Counted from the first letter of the stretch, positions 19,147 through 25,580 are shown. The stretch: 32,000 nt of DNA from Patescibacteria group bacterium (GCA_041649575.1 JBAZMW010000004.1:103131-135130); one strand, 5' to 3'. Numbers and translations: made by a program. Notes: a model not told the origin generated them from the letters alone.

Positions 19147-19175
19147 ATTTTACAACATTTTTAGTTTTAATTCAA
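19147..19175 (-). promoter_or_regulatory. putative promoter for the hydrolase-hypothetical-gyrA-antiporter gene string
   Basis: On the minus strand: TTGAAT (19175-19170), 17 nt, TAAAAT (19152-19147). Confidence 0.5.
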
Positions 19176-19182
19176 GTGATTC

Positions 19183-19254
19183 GTCCTCGTAGTTCAGTGG
19201 ATAGAACAAGGGACTCCTAAGCCCTAGACACAGGTTCGATTCCTGTCGAGGACA
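19183..19254 (+). tRNA. tRNA-Arg (anticodon CCT)
   Basis: Acceptor GTCCTCG/CGAGGAC. D arm GTTC-AGTGGATA-GAAC. Anticodon loop CTCCTAA, with an A:G mismatch at the stem closing pair. T arm ACAGG-TTCGATT-CCTGT. Discriminator A. Confidence 0.8.
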
Positions 19255-19308
19255 TAAAAGAAAAATAGAAAATTAATCGGCGGGGTGAGATTCCTGTCGA
19301 GGACATAA
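19238..19308 (+). repeat. 21-bp direct repeat of the tRNA-Arg 3' end (att-like)
   Basis: GATTCCTGTCGAGGACATAAA occurs at 19238-19258 (T loop through the acceptor 3' strand plus 4 nt) and again at 19288-19308. Confidence 0.8.
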
Positions 19309-19317
19309 ATAAAGAAG

Positions 19318-19345
19318 CCGTTAGCCGGAGCAATCCGGCTAACGG
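19318..19345 (-). terminator. hairpin terminator of the radical SAM gene
   Basis: 12-bp stem CCGTTAGCCGGA / TCCGGCTAACGG with a GCAA loop. On the minus strand it is followed by CTTCTTTATTTATG. Confidence 0.65.
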
Positions 19346-19362
19346 TTGTTTGTGCTTGGTCT

Positions 19363-20910
19363 CTAATCCCAGAAGCCTTGACCGAGCGCTGACTCCAAAT
19401 GGAAATTGAATTCCCAGAATGACCTTTCCAGCCGCGGATTCCGCCCAACCATCTGCCGCGCCTGTTCGCCGTACCTTCCAGGCGAGTAGAATCGTCGGTA
19501 GATGTCTAGGCGCATCTTTTGTAGCTCTTCCGGCGTAGCACTTGGAATGCGAATGATCGGGTAATCCGTGGAGAACTTACTCAAGTCTTCAGTCACTAGT
19601 CCCCCGGCCTGGCGGATTGTCTCATACTGCTCGCTGCCGGGTGAAGGCATCATCCAGGAAAGACGAATCTCGTCGCAGGGAACTTCGCAGATGGCATCGG
19701 CTTCCGCCTGCAGGTCTTCCACGCTCTCGCCCCAATCGCCGAGAATGTAGTAGAACTTGGAAAGCAACCCGATGTTGCGTAAGGTGTGTGCGAGATCGGA
19801 TGCTCGCTTCCTCCACTGGGCGATATCCGGCGCCCCGCTCTTCTTTTGACAGATGAGCGACTCAACGCCAATGCCCACCTCGGTGCAACCACCGCGCTTC
19901 ATGTGCTCGAATATCTGGATATCGGCATCAGCGCGAGCCATGGCATACCAGGGCAGCCCAGTGCGGCCAAGTTCTTGGCAAAGATGGGTAATCCGAGGCA
20001 AGCCGCCGCCGTAGAAGTTGAGATCCACCGCGAAGCCGAAGTTTACTCCGAGCTGCTCTTGGCACTGCCGCACCTCGTCGATGATATTGCCAACATCGCG
20101 GTACATCACCTTGGGTCTAGAGCCGTCTTTGGGAAACATTTTGTTCGACTGGCACCAGAAGCAGTTTCTGGGACAGCCACGTGACCAGACGAACAGTGCC
20201 GCTCGTTGCTTGCTCGGGGCAGGATAATACAAGCCAAAACGACGGTTGCGGCTCATCATTTCCGGCGTGCGCAAGGGAACGGGGTTGAGGTTGGGATCGA
20301 AGCGGGAGAAGTTGTTGACCCACAGCTCGCCTGCCCGATAGATCACGCCGCGAATTTCCTCTCGGTTGATGTGACCGTGGAAGTATTCCGACAAGTCACC
20401 CAGTGTCCAATCCGCTTCTCCGCAAACCACGAAGTCGAACAATTCAAGGCTGTTTCCGACAAATTCCTTTTCTTCTTCCGGCGCGACCGATCCCACAGTG
20501 GCTGAGCTGAGCTCTTGAGCCAGGTTGAGCGCATGATAACCGCCCAATACTGTCCGAATTTGAAATCGCCGTGGTTCTGGTGTCTGTTTGATCCGTCTGG
20601 CGATCTCGGCCACAATCGGATAGTTGTAGGTCATGCAGGAGAAAGCCACGATGTCGGGGTCGCCTTCCAATACTTCCTCCATACTAATGTTCGCCGAGTT
20701 GGGAAATACAACACGAACTTCGTAGTCGTGGTTCCTAAGCCATGAGGCCACATAACATGCTCCGATCGGTTCGTGTACCCGCGGAGCGATGCCGATCTGA
20801 TCCAGGCAAATCCCACTTCCCGCCCTTTTTTCCACCACGCACTTGGCGCTCCCCGGATCAACGATGTTGATTCTTCTTGCTCCGTACATACTCGAATCTC
20901 GCATCTCCAT
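19363..20910 (-). CDS. B12-binding-domain radical SAM enzyme (class B), function unknown
   Basis: 515 aa from MEMRDSS (AGGAGG lies 6 nt upstream; the track's earlier ATG overlaps this SD). The N-terminal Rossmann-like region (GACYVASWLRNHDYEVRVVFPN...DPDIVAFSCMTYNYP) precedes SRGCPRNCFWCQS (CxxxCxxC). Many spurious overlapping ORFs in other frames indicate raised GC. Confidence 0.75.
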   Translation of the reverse strand: MEMRDSSMYGARRINIVDPGSAKCVVEKRAGSGICLDQIGIAPRVHEPIGACYVASWLRNHDYEVRVVFPNSANISMEEVLEGDPDIVAFSCMTYNYPIVAEIARRIKQTPEPRRFQIRTVLGGYHALNLAQELSSATVGSVAPEEEKEFVGNSLELFDFVVCGEADWTLGDLSEYFHGHINREEIRGVIYRAGELWVNNFSRFDPNLNPVPLRTPEMMSRNRRFGLYYPAPSKQRAALFVWSRGCPRNCFWCQSNKMFPKDGSRPKVMYRDVGNIIDEVRQCQEQLGVNFGFAVDLNFYGGGLPRITHLCQELGRTGLPWYAMARADADIQIFEHMKRGGCTEVGIGVESLICQKKSGAPDIAQWRKRASDLAHTLRNIGLLSKFYYILGDWGESVEDLQAEADAICEVPCDEIRLSWMMPSPGSEQYETIRQAGGLVTEDLSKFSTDYPIIRIPSATPEELQKMRLDIYRRFYSPGRYGEQARQMVGRNPRLERSFWEFNFHLESALGQGFWD

Positions 20911-20974
20911 GACTAACCTCCTCATCCCTTTTCAGGTTGTAAGGTTCTCTGTACGCCAAGCGATCAATTTAAAA

Positions 20975-20993
20975 GCCGAGCGATTGGCTCGGC
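20975..20993 (-). terminator. hairpin terminator of the TrmB-like gene
   Basis: GCCGAGC-GATT-GGCTCGGC. On the minus strand it is followed by TTTTAAATT. Confidence 0.55.
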
Positions 20994-21023
20994 CACATGA
21001 ATCGCTTGATTGTAAAGATAACT

Positions 21024-21809
21024 TTAAACTTGATGTTCCAAAAATTTCCACATCATCTCAAAATAAATTCGATGCGTCTGCGCGAAGTCCTTGCTTTCAA
21101 TCACCACAATAATGTTTTCTTCCCTAGTAGAAAACATAGCCAGCTTGTCGCCGAAGATTATTTCCGAGGAGGGAAATTCAAAACCCTTTGGCGCTAGTCT
21201 GGTCTCTCGATCATATTGTTTGTCAGCTGACTGCATCTTGAGCGCCAACTCAGAACTCTCATTAATCGCTCGGCTGGAAATACCAGCTTTGATTTTTCTT
21301 TTTTGTATTTCCCACAGGAATTCTTCACCAACAAATTTAACAAAAGTCTCAATACGCGCAATACTCAAAAAATCTGTGCCGCCAAAATTTAAAATTTCGT
21401 TCCAAACTTTTCTAAACCCATCTTCTCCGGTATAAACTCTGATTTGCGGCTTGAAATCCGATTCGGCCACGATAGTTTTTATCAGTGGCAAAATTTCCTC
21501 TACGGCTTGTTTGGAACGGCTAAGACGATCATGCTGCGCGTCCAAAAGCGAGTAAAGAGTGTTGGTCGGGCTTTCCACGACAATCCTTCTTTTTTTACCG
21601 CGTTTCACCTCGGCTAGATAACCTTTCTTTTTCAACCGCTCCACTAAATCATAGGCGGTCCCGCGGCTAAGCTGGGTGTCTTTGGCAATAGAAATGATGC
21701 TGGAATCGGCGTTTTGCAGAATCGACAAGTAAACTAGAGTTTCTTTGTCTGATAATCCTAGTTGTGAAAGGGCGTCAGTTATTTGCGTTTGCTGAATTTT
21801 ATTCAACAT
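21024..21809 (-). CDS. TrmB-like winged-helix transcriptional regulator (paralogous architecture to 1367-2209)
   Basis: 261 aa. LSQLGLSDKETLVYLSILQNADSSIISIAKDTQLSRGTAYDLVERLKKKGYLAEVKRGKKRRIVV. Confidence 0.75.
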   Translation of the reverse strand: MLNKIQQTQITDALSQLGLSDKETLVYLSILQNADSSIISIAKDTQLSRGTAYDLVERLKKKGYLAEVKRGKKRRIVVESPTNTLYSLLDAQHDRLSRSKQAVEEILPLIKTIVAESDFKPQIRVYTGEDGFRKVWNEILNFGGTDFLSIARIETFVKFVGEEFLWEIQKRKIKAGISSRAINESSELALKMQSADKQYDRETRLAPKGFEFPSSEIIFGDKLAMFSTREENIIVVIESKDFAQTHRIYFEMMWKFLEHQV

Positions 21810-21980
21810 ATAATTTTATTATTTTGTTAATATTTAGTCAATTATATCCGTCTTTTTTTTAAAAATAATACTTTATTATATTTAAATTTAGATAATAAGT
21901 AGCTAATAAAAAAATGACGGATTACATCGTCATTATATATTATTCTAAATATTATTGTCAAGTTTTTATGTATTTTATTA

Positions 21981-22009
21981 TTGACAAAACATTGTTTGTG
22001 TGCTATAGT
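21981..22009 (+). promoter_or_regulatory. near-consensus sigma70 promoter
   Basis: TTGACA (21981-21986), 17 nt, TATAGT (22004-22009). Confidence 0.65.
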
Positions 22010-22051
22010 AATAGTACAGTTCACTAACCGAAGCCCATAACCGAAGGAGAA

Positions 22052-22354
22052 ATGGCGATGAAGAAAACGGTGTTATCGGAAGCTCTGCCGCGGGCGAACA
22101 AAGGACAATTCTTTCTGTTCCTGGTTCGCATGATGCGCCGCAATGGCGTCGGCTGCAAGGATCGTCGGCGCATGATGAACGCACTCCGCGCCGGTCTCGA
22201 GGCCAGCGTTTGGGCCGCCATCGGGCGTGCCAAGACCGCGGCAACGATTGCCAAACGCCTTGCGTCGGCTGCGATCGCTGGCGGTCACAAGGGCCGGGAG
22301 AACCACCTGCAATTCATCTTCCAGCTCTGTGTCGTGCCTGGGTTGCCGTCGTAG
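22052..22354 (+). CDS. orphan basic protein (98-100 aa), GC-rich
   Basis: AAGGAG at 22044-22049. ATG at 22052 is only 2 nt away, so the ATG at 22058 (MKKTVLSEAL...) is the better-spaced start. The promoter is upstream and the terminator downstream. Five other ORFs overlap in other frames, so the strand and frame were chosen from the signals. Confidence 0.5.
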   Translation: MAMKKTVLSEALPRANKGQFFLFLVRMMRRNGVGCKDRRRMMNALRAGLEASVWAAIGRAKTAATIAKRLASAAIAGGHKGRENHLQFIFQLCVVPGLPS

Positions 22355-22397
22355 CTCTAGACAAACACTGCCGGCCTCGCCTCGCACAAGTAGTACC

Positions 22398-22432
22398 CCA
22401 CGTGTTCCTCGGAGCACGTGGCTTTAATTTTG
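22398..22432 (+). terminator. rho-independent terminator
   Basis: CCACGTG (22398-22404) / CACGTGG (22415-22421) followed by CTTTAATTTT. Confidence 0.6.
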
Positions 22433-22445
22433 TCTAAATTTATAT

Positions 22446-22481
22446 AAAAAAAACGACGGCAACGAGGGGAGTCGTTGCCGT
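22446..22481 (-). terminator. rho-independent terminator for the convergent minus-strand gene
   Basis: ACGGCAACGA (22456-22465) / TCGTTGCCGT (22472-22481). The plus-strand A8 run (22446-22453) gives a U-run on the minus strand. Confidence 0.7.
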
Positions 22482-22515
22482 AGACGTGTGCAAAAAAGGC
22501 GGTGTGCTGGTCTGG

Positions 22516-22824
22516 TCAGCCTCTTGCGAAGCAGCAGACATCCGGCGGGGTTCGTCTGGCGGTTGACCCTCTCGTCATCCTCTGACGATTGTGGTGGAAG
22601 AAGAAGACGTCGCCCTTGAGACTGGCCCAGCCGGTAACCGTTGAGCGGTTGACCTGAATTCTGGCCGCCATCTTGGTCTGTCGCCGATCAAGATAGTCCG
22701 GCTCAAGCTCACCATCTTTGATCTTCCAGGGAAGATTGACACATCGTATCTGCAACCTGTCGATGACTCTGCCATCTGGCAAAACCACCAACGTTTTACC
22801 TGTTTTTCTCCAAATTGGCTTCAT
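22516..22824 (-). CDS. orphan small protein (102 aa) with a possible HTH-like segment
   Basis: The start is taken at MKPIWRKTGK (GGGAG lies 8 nt upstream). The segment QTKMAARIQVNRSTVTGW resembles an HTH recognition region. This is a weak, pattern-level call only. Confidence 0.45.
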   Translation of the reverse strand: MKPIWRKTGKTLVVLPDGRVIDRLQIRCVNLPWKIKDGELEPDYLDRRQTKMAARIQVNRSTVTGWASLKGDVFFFHHNRQRMTRGSTARRTPPDVCCFARG

Positions 22825-22868
22825 TTGCGCATCTCCCATGGGCTAGAGACCAACAACATACTAACTAA

Positions 22869-22897
22869 ATTTTATTTCTCTTAATGTTTTTTGTCAA
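22869..22897 (-). promoter_or_regulatory. near-consensus sigma70 promoter for 22516-22824
   Basis: On the minus strand: TTGACA (22897-22892), 17 nt, TAAAAT (22874-22869). Confidence 0.6.
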
Positions 22898-23040
22898 ATA
22901 AGGTTTATTTTTGTTAAAATTAGGTAAAAAATACTAAAATTAGGCAGATAAAAACAAGAAATTATTTTTTATTTTAAGCAAATCTATGTTTATAGGTATT
23001 TTATTAAATTTTGTGGACAAACTGTGTTTTTAGTGGATAA

Positions 23041-23060
23041 ATGTCTAGACATGTCTAGAC
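23041..23060. repeat. perfect tandem 10-mer ATGTCTAGAC x2 in a divergent promoter region
   Basis: ATGTCTAGACATGTCTAGAC. Each unit contains the palindrome TCTAGA. It is flanked by GTGGACAAA / GTGGATAAA motifs at 23022-23040. Confidence 0.8.
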
Positions 23061-23129
23061 AAAAGTCATACGGAAAGAGTAGTTTTGGTCAACGGATATT
23101 TTAAAATAAAGATAAAAAGATAAATAATA

Positions 23130-23158
23130 TTGACTGATTTTTTATTATTTTACATAAT
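23130..23158 (+). promoter_or_regulatory. sigma70-type promoter
   Basis: TTGACT (23130-23135), 17 nt, CATAAT (23153-23158). Confidence 0.55.
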
Positions 23159-23240
23159 TAAAAATAGCACCTTAGTGAACAAAACTCGGAAAAGCAGCGA
23201 GTTCCCTGTGAAATGGCGGATAAAACGGAAGGAGGGGGTT

Positions 23241-23732
23241 ATGAAGAAGCTGTGCTCGTTATCGCTAGCAGTGTTTGTCTGTTTGTCGGCATTCTGGTGG
23301 TTTTCCAACAAGGCCAGCGCCCAGGAAAAACCGGTATTTTATGTGAAGACGGTGTTGCCTTTGAGCCACGGTTCGGAGCTCAACGAAGTCTATCTGGAGA
23401 AGATGGAGGCGCAGAGGGCAGTTCAGAAAGCCGAAATCTGGCGTAAAATTTTGGCTGAAAGAGCCAAAATAGCCAGAATTCTCCCCAAACTCACAGACAG
23501 AGAAGACTCGCAGGCGGCGATGAACTACATGCGGTCGGTGGAGTGCTTGGAGGCCGAGCCGGGCAGCATAGACGATCTCTACCAGGAATACCGGCGGATC
23601 AAGGGTGAGGAAATGGTGGTTCGGGTAAAGGGAGACTACGAACCAGGCCAGATACTGTCGGCTCTGCCCGAAGAGGCATCTGTCGGCGGCAATGGTGGGA
23701 GCGATCGGGCCAAAGACGAGAAACAGCGCTAG
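23241..23732 (+). CDS. orphan secreted protein (163 aa) with signal peptide
   Basis: The internal start MKKLCSLSLAVFVCLSAFWWFSNKASAQE is preceded by GGAAGGAGGGGG. It has a signal-peptide-like N-terminus with an ASA-Q cleavage-type site. The rest is charged and helical. Confidence 0.55.
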   Translation: MKKLCSLSLAVFVCLSAFWWFSNKASAQEKPVFYVKTVLPLSHGSELNEVYLEKMEAQRAVQKAEIWRKILAERAKIARILPKLTDREDSQAAMNYMRSVECLEAEPGSIDDLYQEYRRIKGEEMVVRVKGDYEPGQILSALPEEASVGGNGGSDRAKDEKQR

Positions 23733-23868
23733 AGGGAAATCTGTTTGGCTGTCTCGAGTTTTGTATAAATGGTCTGACCAGCGGTCGGGCCGTTTTTTTG
23801 TCTAAAATTGTTAGTATTTTTGGCTGTATTATTTTTTATTACTGGTGGATAAATTATAATAAATATTA

Positions 23869-23942
23869 ATGTTTCACAAATGTTTCACGGCTTATTTTAC
23901 TCTAAATTTAAACGAAATTTGAATGTTTCACAAATGTTTCAC
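23869..23942. repeat. iteron-like direct repeats: four copies of ATGTTTCAC arranged as two 20-mers
   Basis: ATGTTTCACAAATGTTTCAC occurs at 23869-23888 and identically at 23923-23942 (54 bp apart). The unit spacing is 11 bp within each 20-mer. Confidence 0.85.
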
Positions 23943-23957
23943 AGAAATTTTTTTGAA

Positions 23958-23998
23958 AATAAAGAAGCTCACGCCGGTCGTTTTCACGAGGCGTGAGC
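23958..23998 (-). terminator. rho-independent terminator of 24024-24596
   Basis: GCTCACGCC (23967-23975) / GGCGTGAGC (23990-23998). The minus strand continues with TTCTTTATTTTC. Confidence 0.65.
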
Positions 23999-24023
23999 AG
24001 GTACGAAGCTGCCGACTTCTTTT

Positions 24024-24596
24024 TCAGAAGCGCAGCAGCAGTCTTGGACGACGCAGACCGACTATCCGGAGCGTGATGCTCTGTCTTGGCGGTTTGTTCT
24101 GGTTGAGGTCGACGACTTTCACCCAAAACCCGTAGTCGGTTTTGACGATATCACCCTTTTTGACACGGAAAGCTTTGAACTTGCGCCATTTCCGGCCAAA
24201 CAGTTGGTTGTGGCGGCATTCGCCAAAGACCGGCAAGAAGTCGTTGGGGTCGTTCTTGGCGAAGGTGAAAGTGACGCAGACACGGCTGATGAAATCCTCC
24301 ACTATGTCGCAGCGCTGATTCAGGCCCAGGCAGATTGTCTCTTGCTCCAGCTGCCATTGCCAACCCAGATAAGTCCACAGTCTTCCGAATATGATGACGA
24401 CCACCATGACGGCCGCCAGCATTAACGGATATTTGGCTACGGCCAGCCCGGCGCCAGCATAGATAGGCAAGCTGGCGATGATGCTTGCGAAAAGGATCAT
24501 CTTGAGCCAGTCCTCAAACCATTTTTCGCAAATAAGCAAGGGAAAGGAAGGCGGAGCTTCTTCCCGGGGGAGTTCTTGCAGCGCCTGTAGATTCAT
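24024..24596 (-). CDS. orphan membrane protein (190 aa)
   Basis: The start MNLQALQ is preceded by GGAGGA (7-nt spacer). Two hydrophobic helices (ILFASIIASLPIYAGAGLAV; LMLAAVMVVVIIFG) precede a Cys-containing soluble C-terminal region. Confidence 0.55.
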   Translation of the reverse strand: MNLQALQELPREEAPPSFPLLICEKWFEDWLKMILFASIIASLPIYAGAGLAVAKYPLMLAAVMVVVIIFGRLWTYLGWQWQLEQETICLGLNQRCDIVEDFISRVCVTFTFAKNDPNDFLPVFGECRHNQLFGRKWRKFKAFRVKKGDIVKTDYGFWVKVVDLNQNKPPRQSITLRIVGLRRPRLLLRF

Positions 24597-24678
24597 GACA
24601 TTATCCTCCAAAGTTGACCTAAAGCCCAAGGTGCTATTTAGAAAATAGCTTAAAAAGCTCTAATTGTAAAGGATTATC

Positions 24679-24707
24679 TTGCCAAACCTGGTTTTTTTTG
24701 ATAAAAT
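24679..24707 (+). promoter_or_regulatory. sigma70-type promoter
   Basis: TTGCCA (24679-24684), 17 nt, TAAAAT (24702-24707). Confidence 0.55.
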
Positions 24708-24781
24708 ATTTTTTGTTCAACCTGGGACATTGGGCATCAAGCAGGACAGCCTTAAGAAGCGGAAGGAGGTGAGTTTTTGAG

Positions 24782-25015
24782 ATGAAGACTTTCGGCGAAA
24801 TCTGTTCGACTCTTGCTATTCTAGCTTGCGTTGTGGTTTTGTCACTGGGTGTGTTACACGCCTGGAAGGACGGCGCCAACGACAGTATAAGCGAAATCGA
24901 TCAGAAGCTGGAGCGCATGCGTTCCATGTCGCCCCAGCAGTACTACGACGCGGAGAAGAAGGAGTTGCTCCGCGTCAAGGGGAACACCGAGGTGTTTCTG
25001 GCTTCTCTGCCTTGA
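24782..25015 (+). CDS. orphan small membrane-anchored protein (77 aa)
   Basis: GGAAGGAGG SD lies 11 nt upstream. It has an N-terminal hydrophobic segment ICSTLAILACVVVLSLGVL followed by a charged tail. Confidence 0.55.
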   Translation: MKTFGEICSTLAILACVVVLSLGVLHAWKDGANDSISEIDQKLERMRSMSPQQYYDAEKKELLRVKGNTEVFLASLP

Positions 25016-25096
25016 GTATTCGGTGGTTTGGCGCGCAGTCAAACCACCGGTAAATAGATATTAAAGTAATTAATTATAATTCGGGCCTTTAGCTTC

Positions 25097-25125
25097 CGCC
25101 TTGGCTCGTCTTGCTCACCAAGGCG
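25097..25125 (+). other. hairpin whose arms equal the acceptor-stem strands of tRNA-Leu(TAG)
   Basis: CGCCTTGG (25097-25104) / CCAAGGCG (25118-25125). GCCTTGG and CCAAGGC are exactly the 5' and 3' acceptor strands of the tRNA at 11196-11282. Confidence 0.5.
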
Positions 25126-25126
25126 A

Positions 25127-25278
25127 GACAGACAGTTGGCTAGAGGAATCGCCCCACACCTTTTGGGCCCTTAGCTCATCTGGTAGAGCGCATCCATGGC
25201 ATGGATGAGGTGACCGGTTCGATCCCGGTAGGGTCCAAAAGGTGTGGGGAGGTCAAGGGTTGAAATCCCTTAATGTCA
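25127..25278 (+). other. degenerate tRNA-Val-like scaffold enclosing tRNA-Ala(GGC)
   Basis: The 5' side CAGTTGGCTAGAG (25133-25145) matches the tRNA-Val D loop at 12/13 positions. The 3' side GGAGGTCAAGGGTTGAAATCCCTTAATGTCA (25248-25278) lies within a tract (25246-25283) that aligns to tRNA-Val 865-903 at about 30/39 positions, with compensatory T-stem changes. A 13-bp helix (25152-25164 with 25237-25249) holds the inner tRNA. Confidence 0.5.
25165..25237 (+). tRNA. tRNA-Ala (anticodon GGC)
   Basis: Acceptor GGGCCCT/AGGGTCC (G3:U70). D arm GCTC-ATCTGGTA-GAGC. Anticodon arm CATCC-ATGGCAT-GGATG. T arm ACCGG-TTCGATC-CCGGT. No encoded CCA. Confidence 0.9.
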
Positions 25279-25381
25279 AAAAGTAGTATAATAACTGACG
25301 AAGTTAGTTTTTTAGGCCATTATAAATGTGGCTTTTTTTATTTAAATTTAGAAAAAATATTAATATTTTTAATAATTGCTA

Positions 25382-25410
25382 TTGACAAATTTTTGCATAT
25401 ATGCTAATAT
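25382..25410 (+). promoter_or_regulatory. near-consensus sigma70 promoter
   Basis: TTGACA (25382-25387), 17 nt, TAATAT (25405-25410). Confidence 0.6.
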
Positions 25411-25434
25411 TATTTTACGGAAAGGAGGTGGACA

Positions 25435-25476
25435 ATGGCGTGGGCAATTCCCGAGTTAGCTTGGGAAGGCCCCTAA
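25435..25476 (+). CDS. 13-aa micro-ORF MAWAIPELAWEGP (or the 5' part of a small RNA)
   Basis: AGGAGG (25423-25428) lies 6 nt before the ATG at 25435. TAA at 25474-25476. The 61-aa ORF in the track starts inside the -10 element and is rejected. Confidence 0.35.
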   Translation: MAWAIPELAWEGP

Positions 25477-25503
25477 ACACACCGGAGTTCCCCGACTATA
25501 CCC

Positions 25504-25580
25504 ACCCTGGAAAAGCTTTTATGCGGTTGTCGCGACTGCGCGATCAGATCGTCTCTAAGAGCGCCCAGGGTCTTTATTTT
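25504..25580 (+). terminator. possible terminator or structured 3' region of the short transcript
   Basis: ACCCTGG (25504-25510) pairs with CCAGGGT (25565-25571), followed by CTTTATTTT. The enclosed 54 nt is GC-rich with internal pairing potential. Confidence 0.4.

Noticed and set aside
19568-20861. Eleven overlapping ORFs (60-132 aa) in other frames of the radical SAM locus
   Set aside because: Only the 515-aa minus-strand frame has recognisable domains (CxxxCxxC and a B12-like domain), an SD and a terminator. The rest are by-products of high GC.
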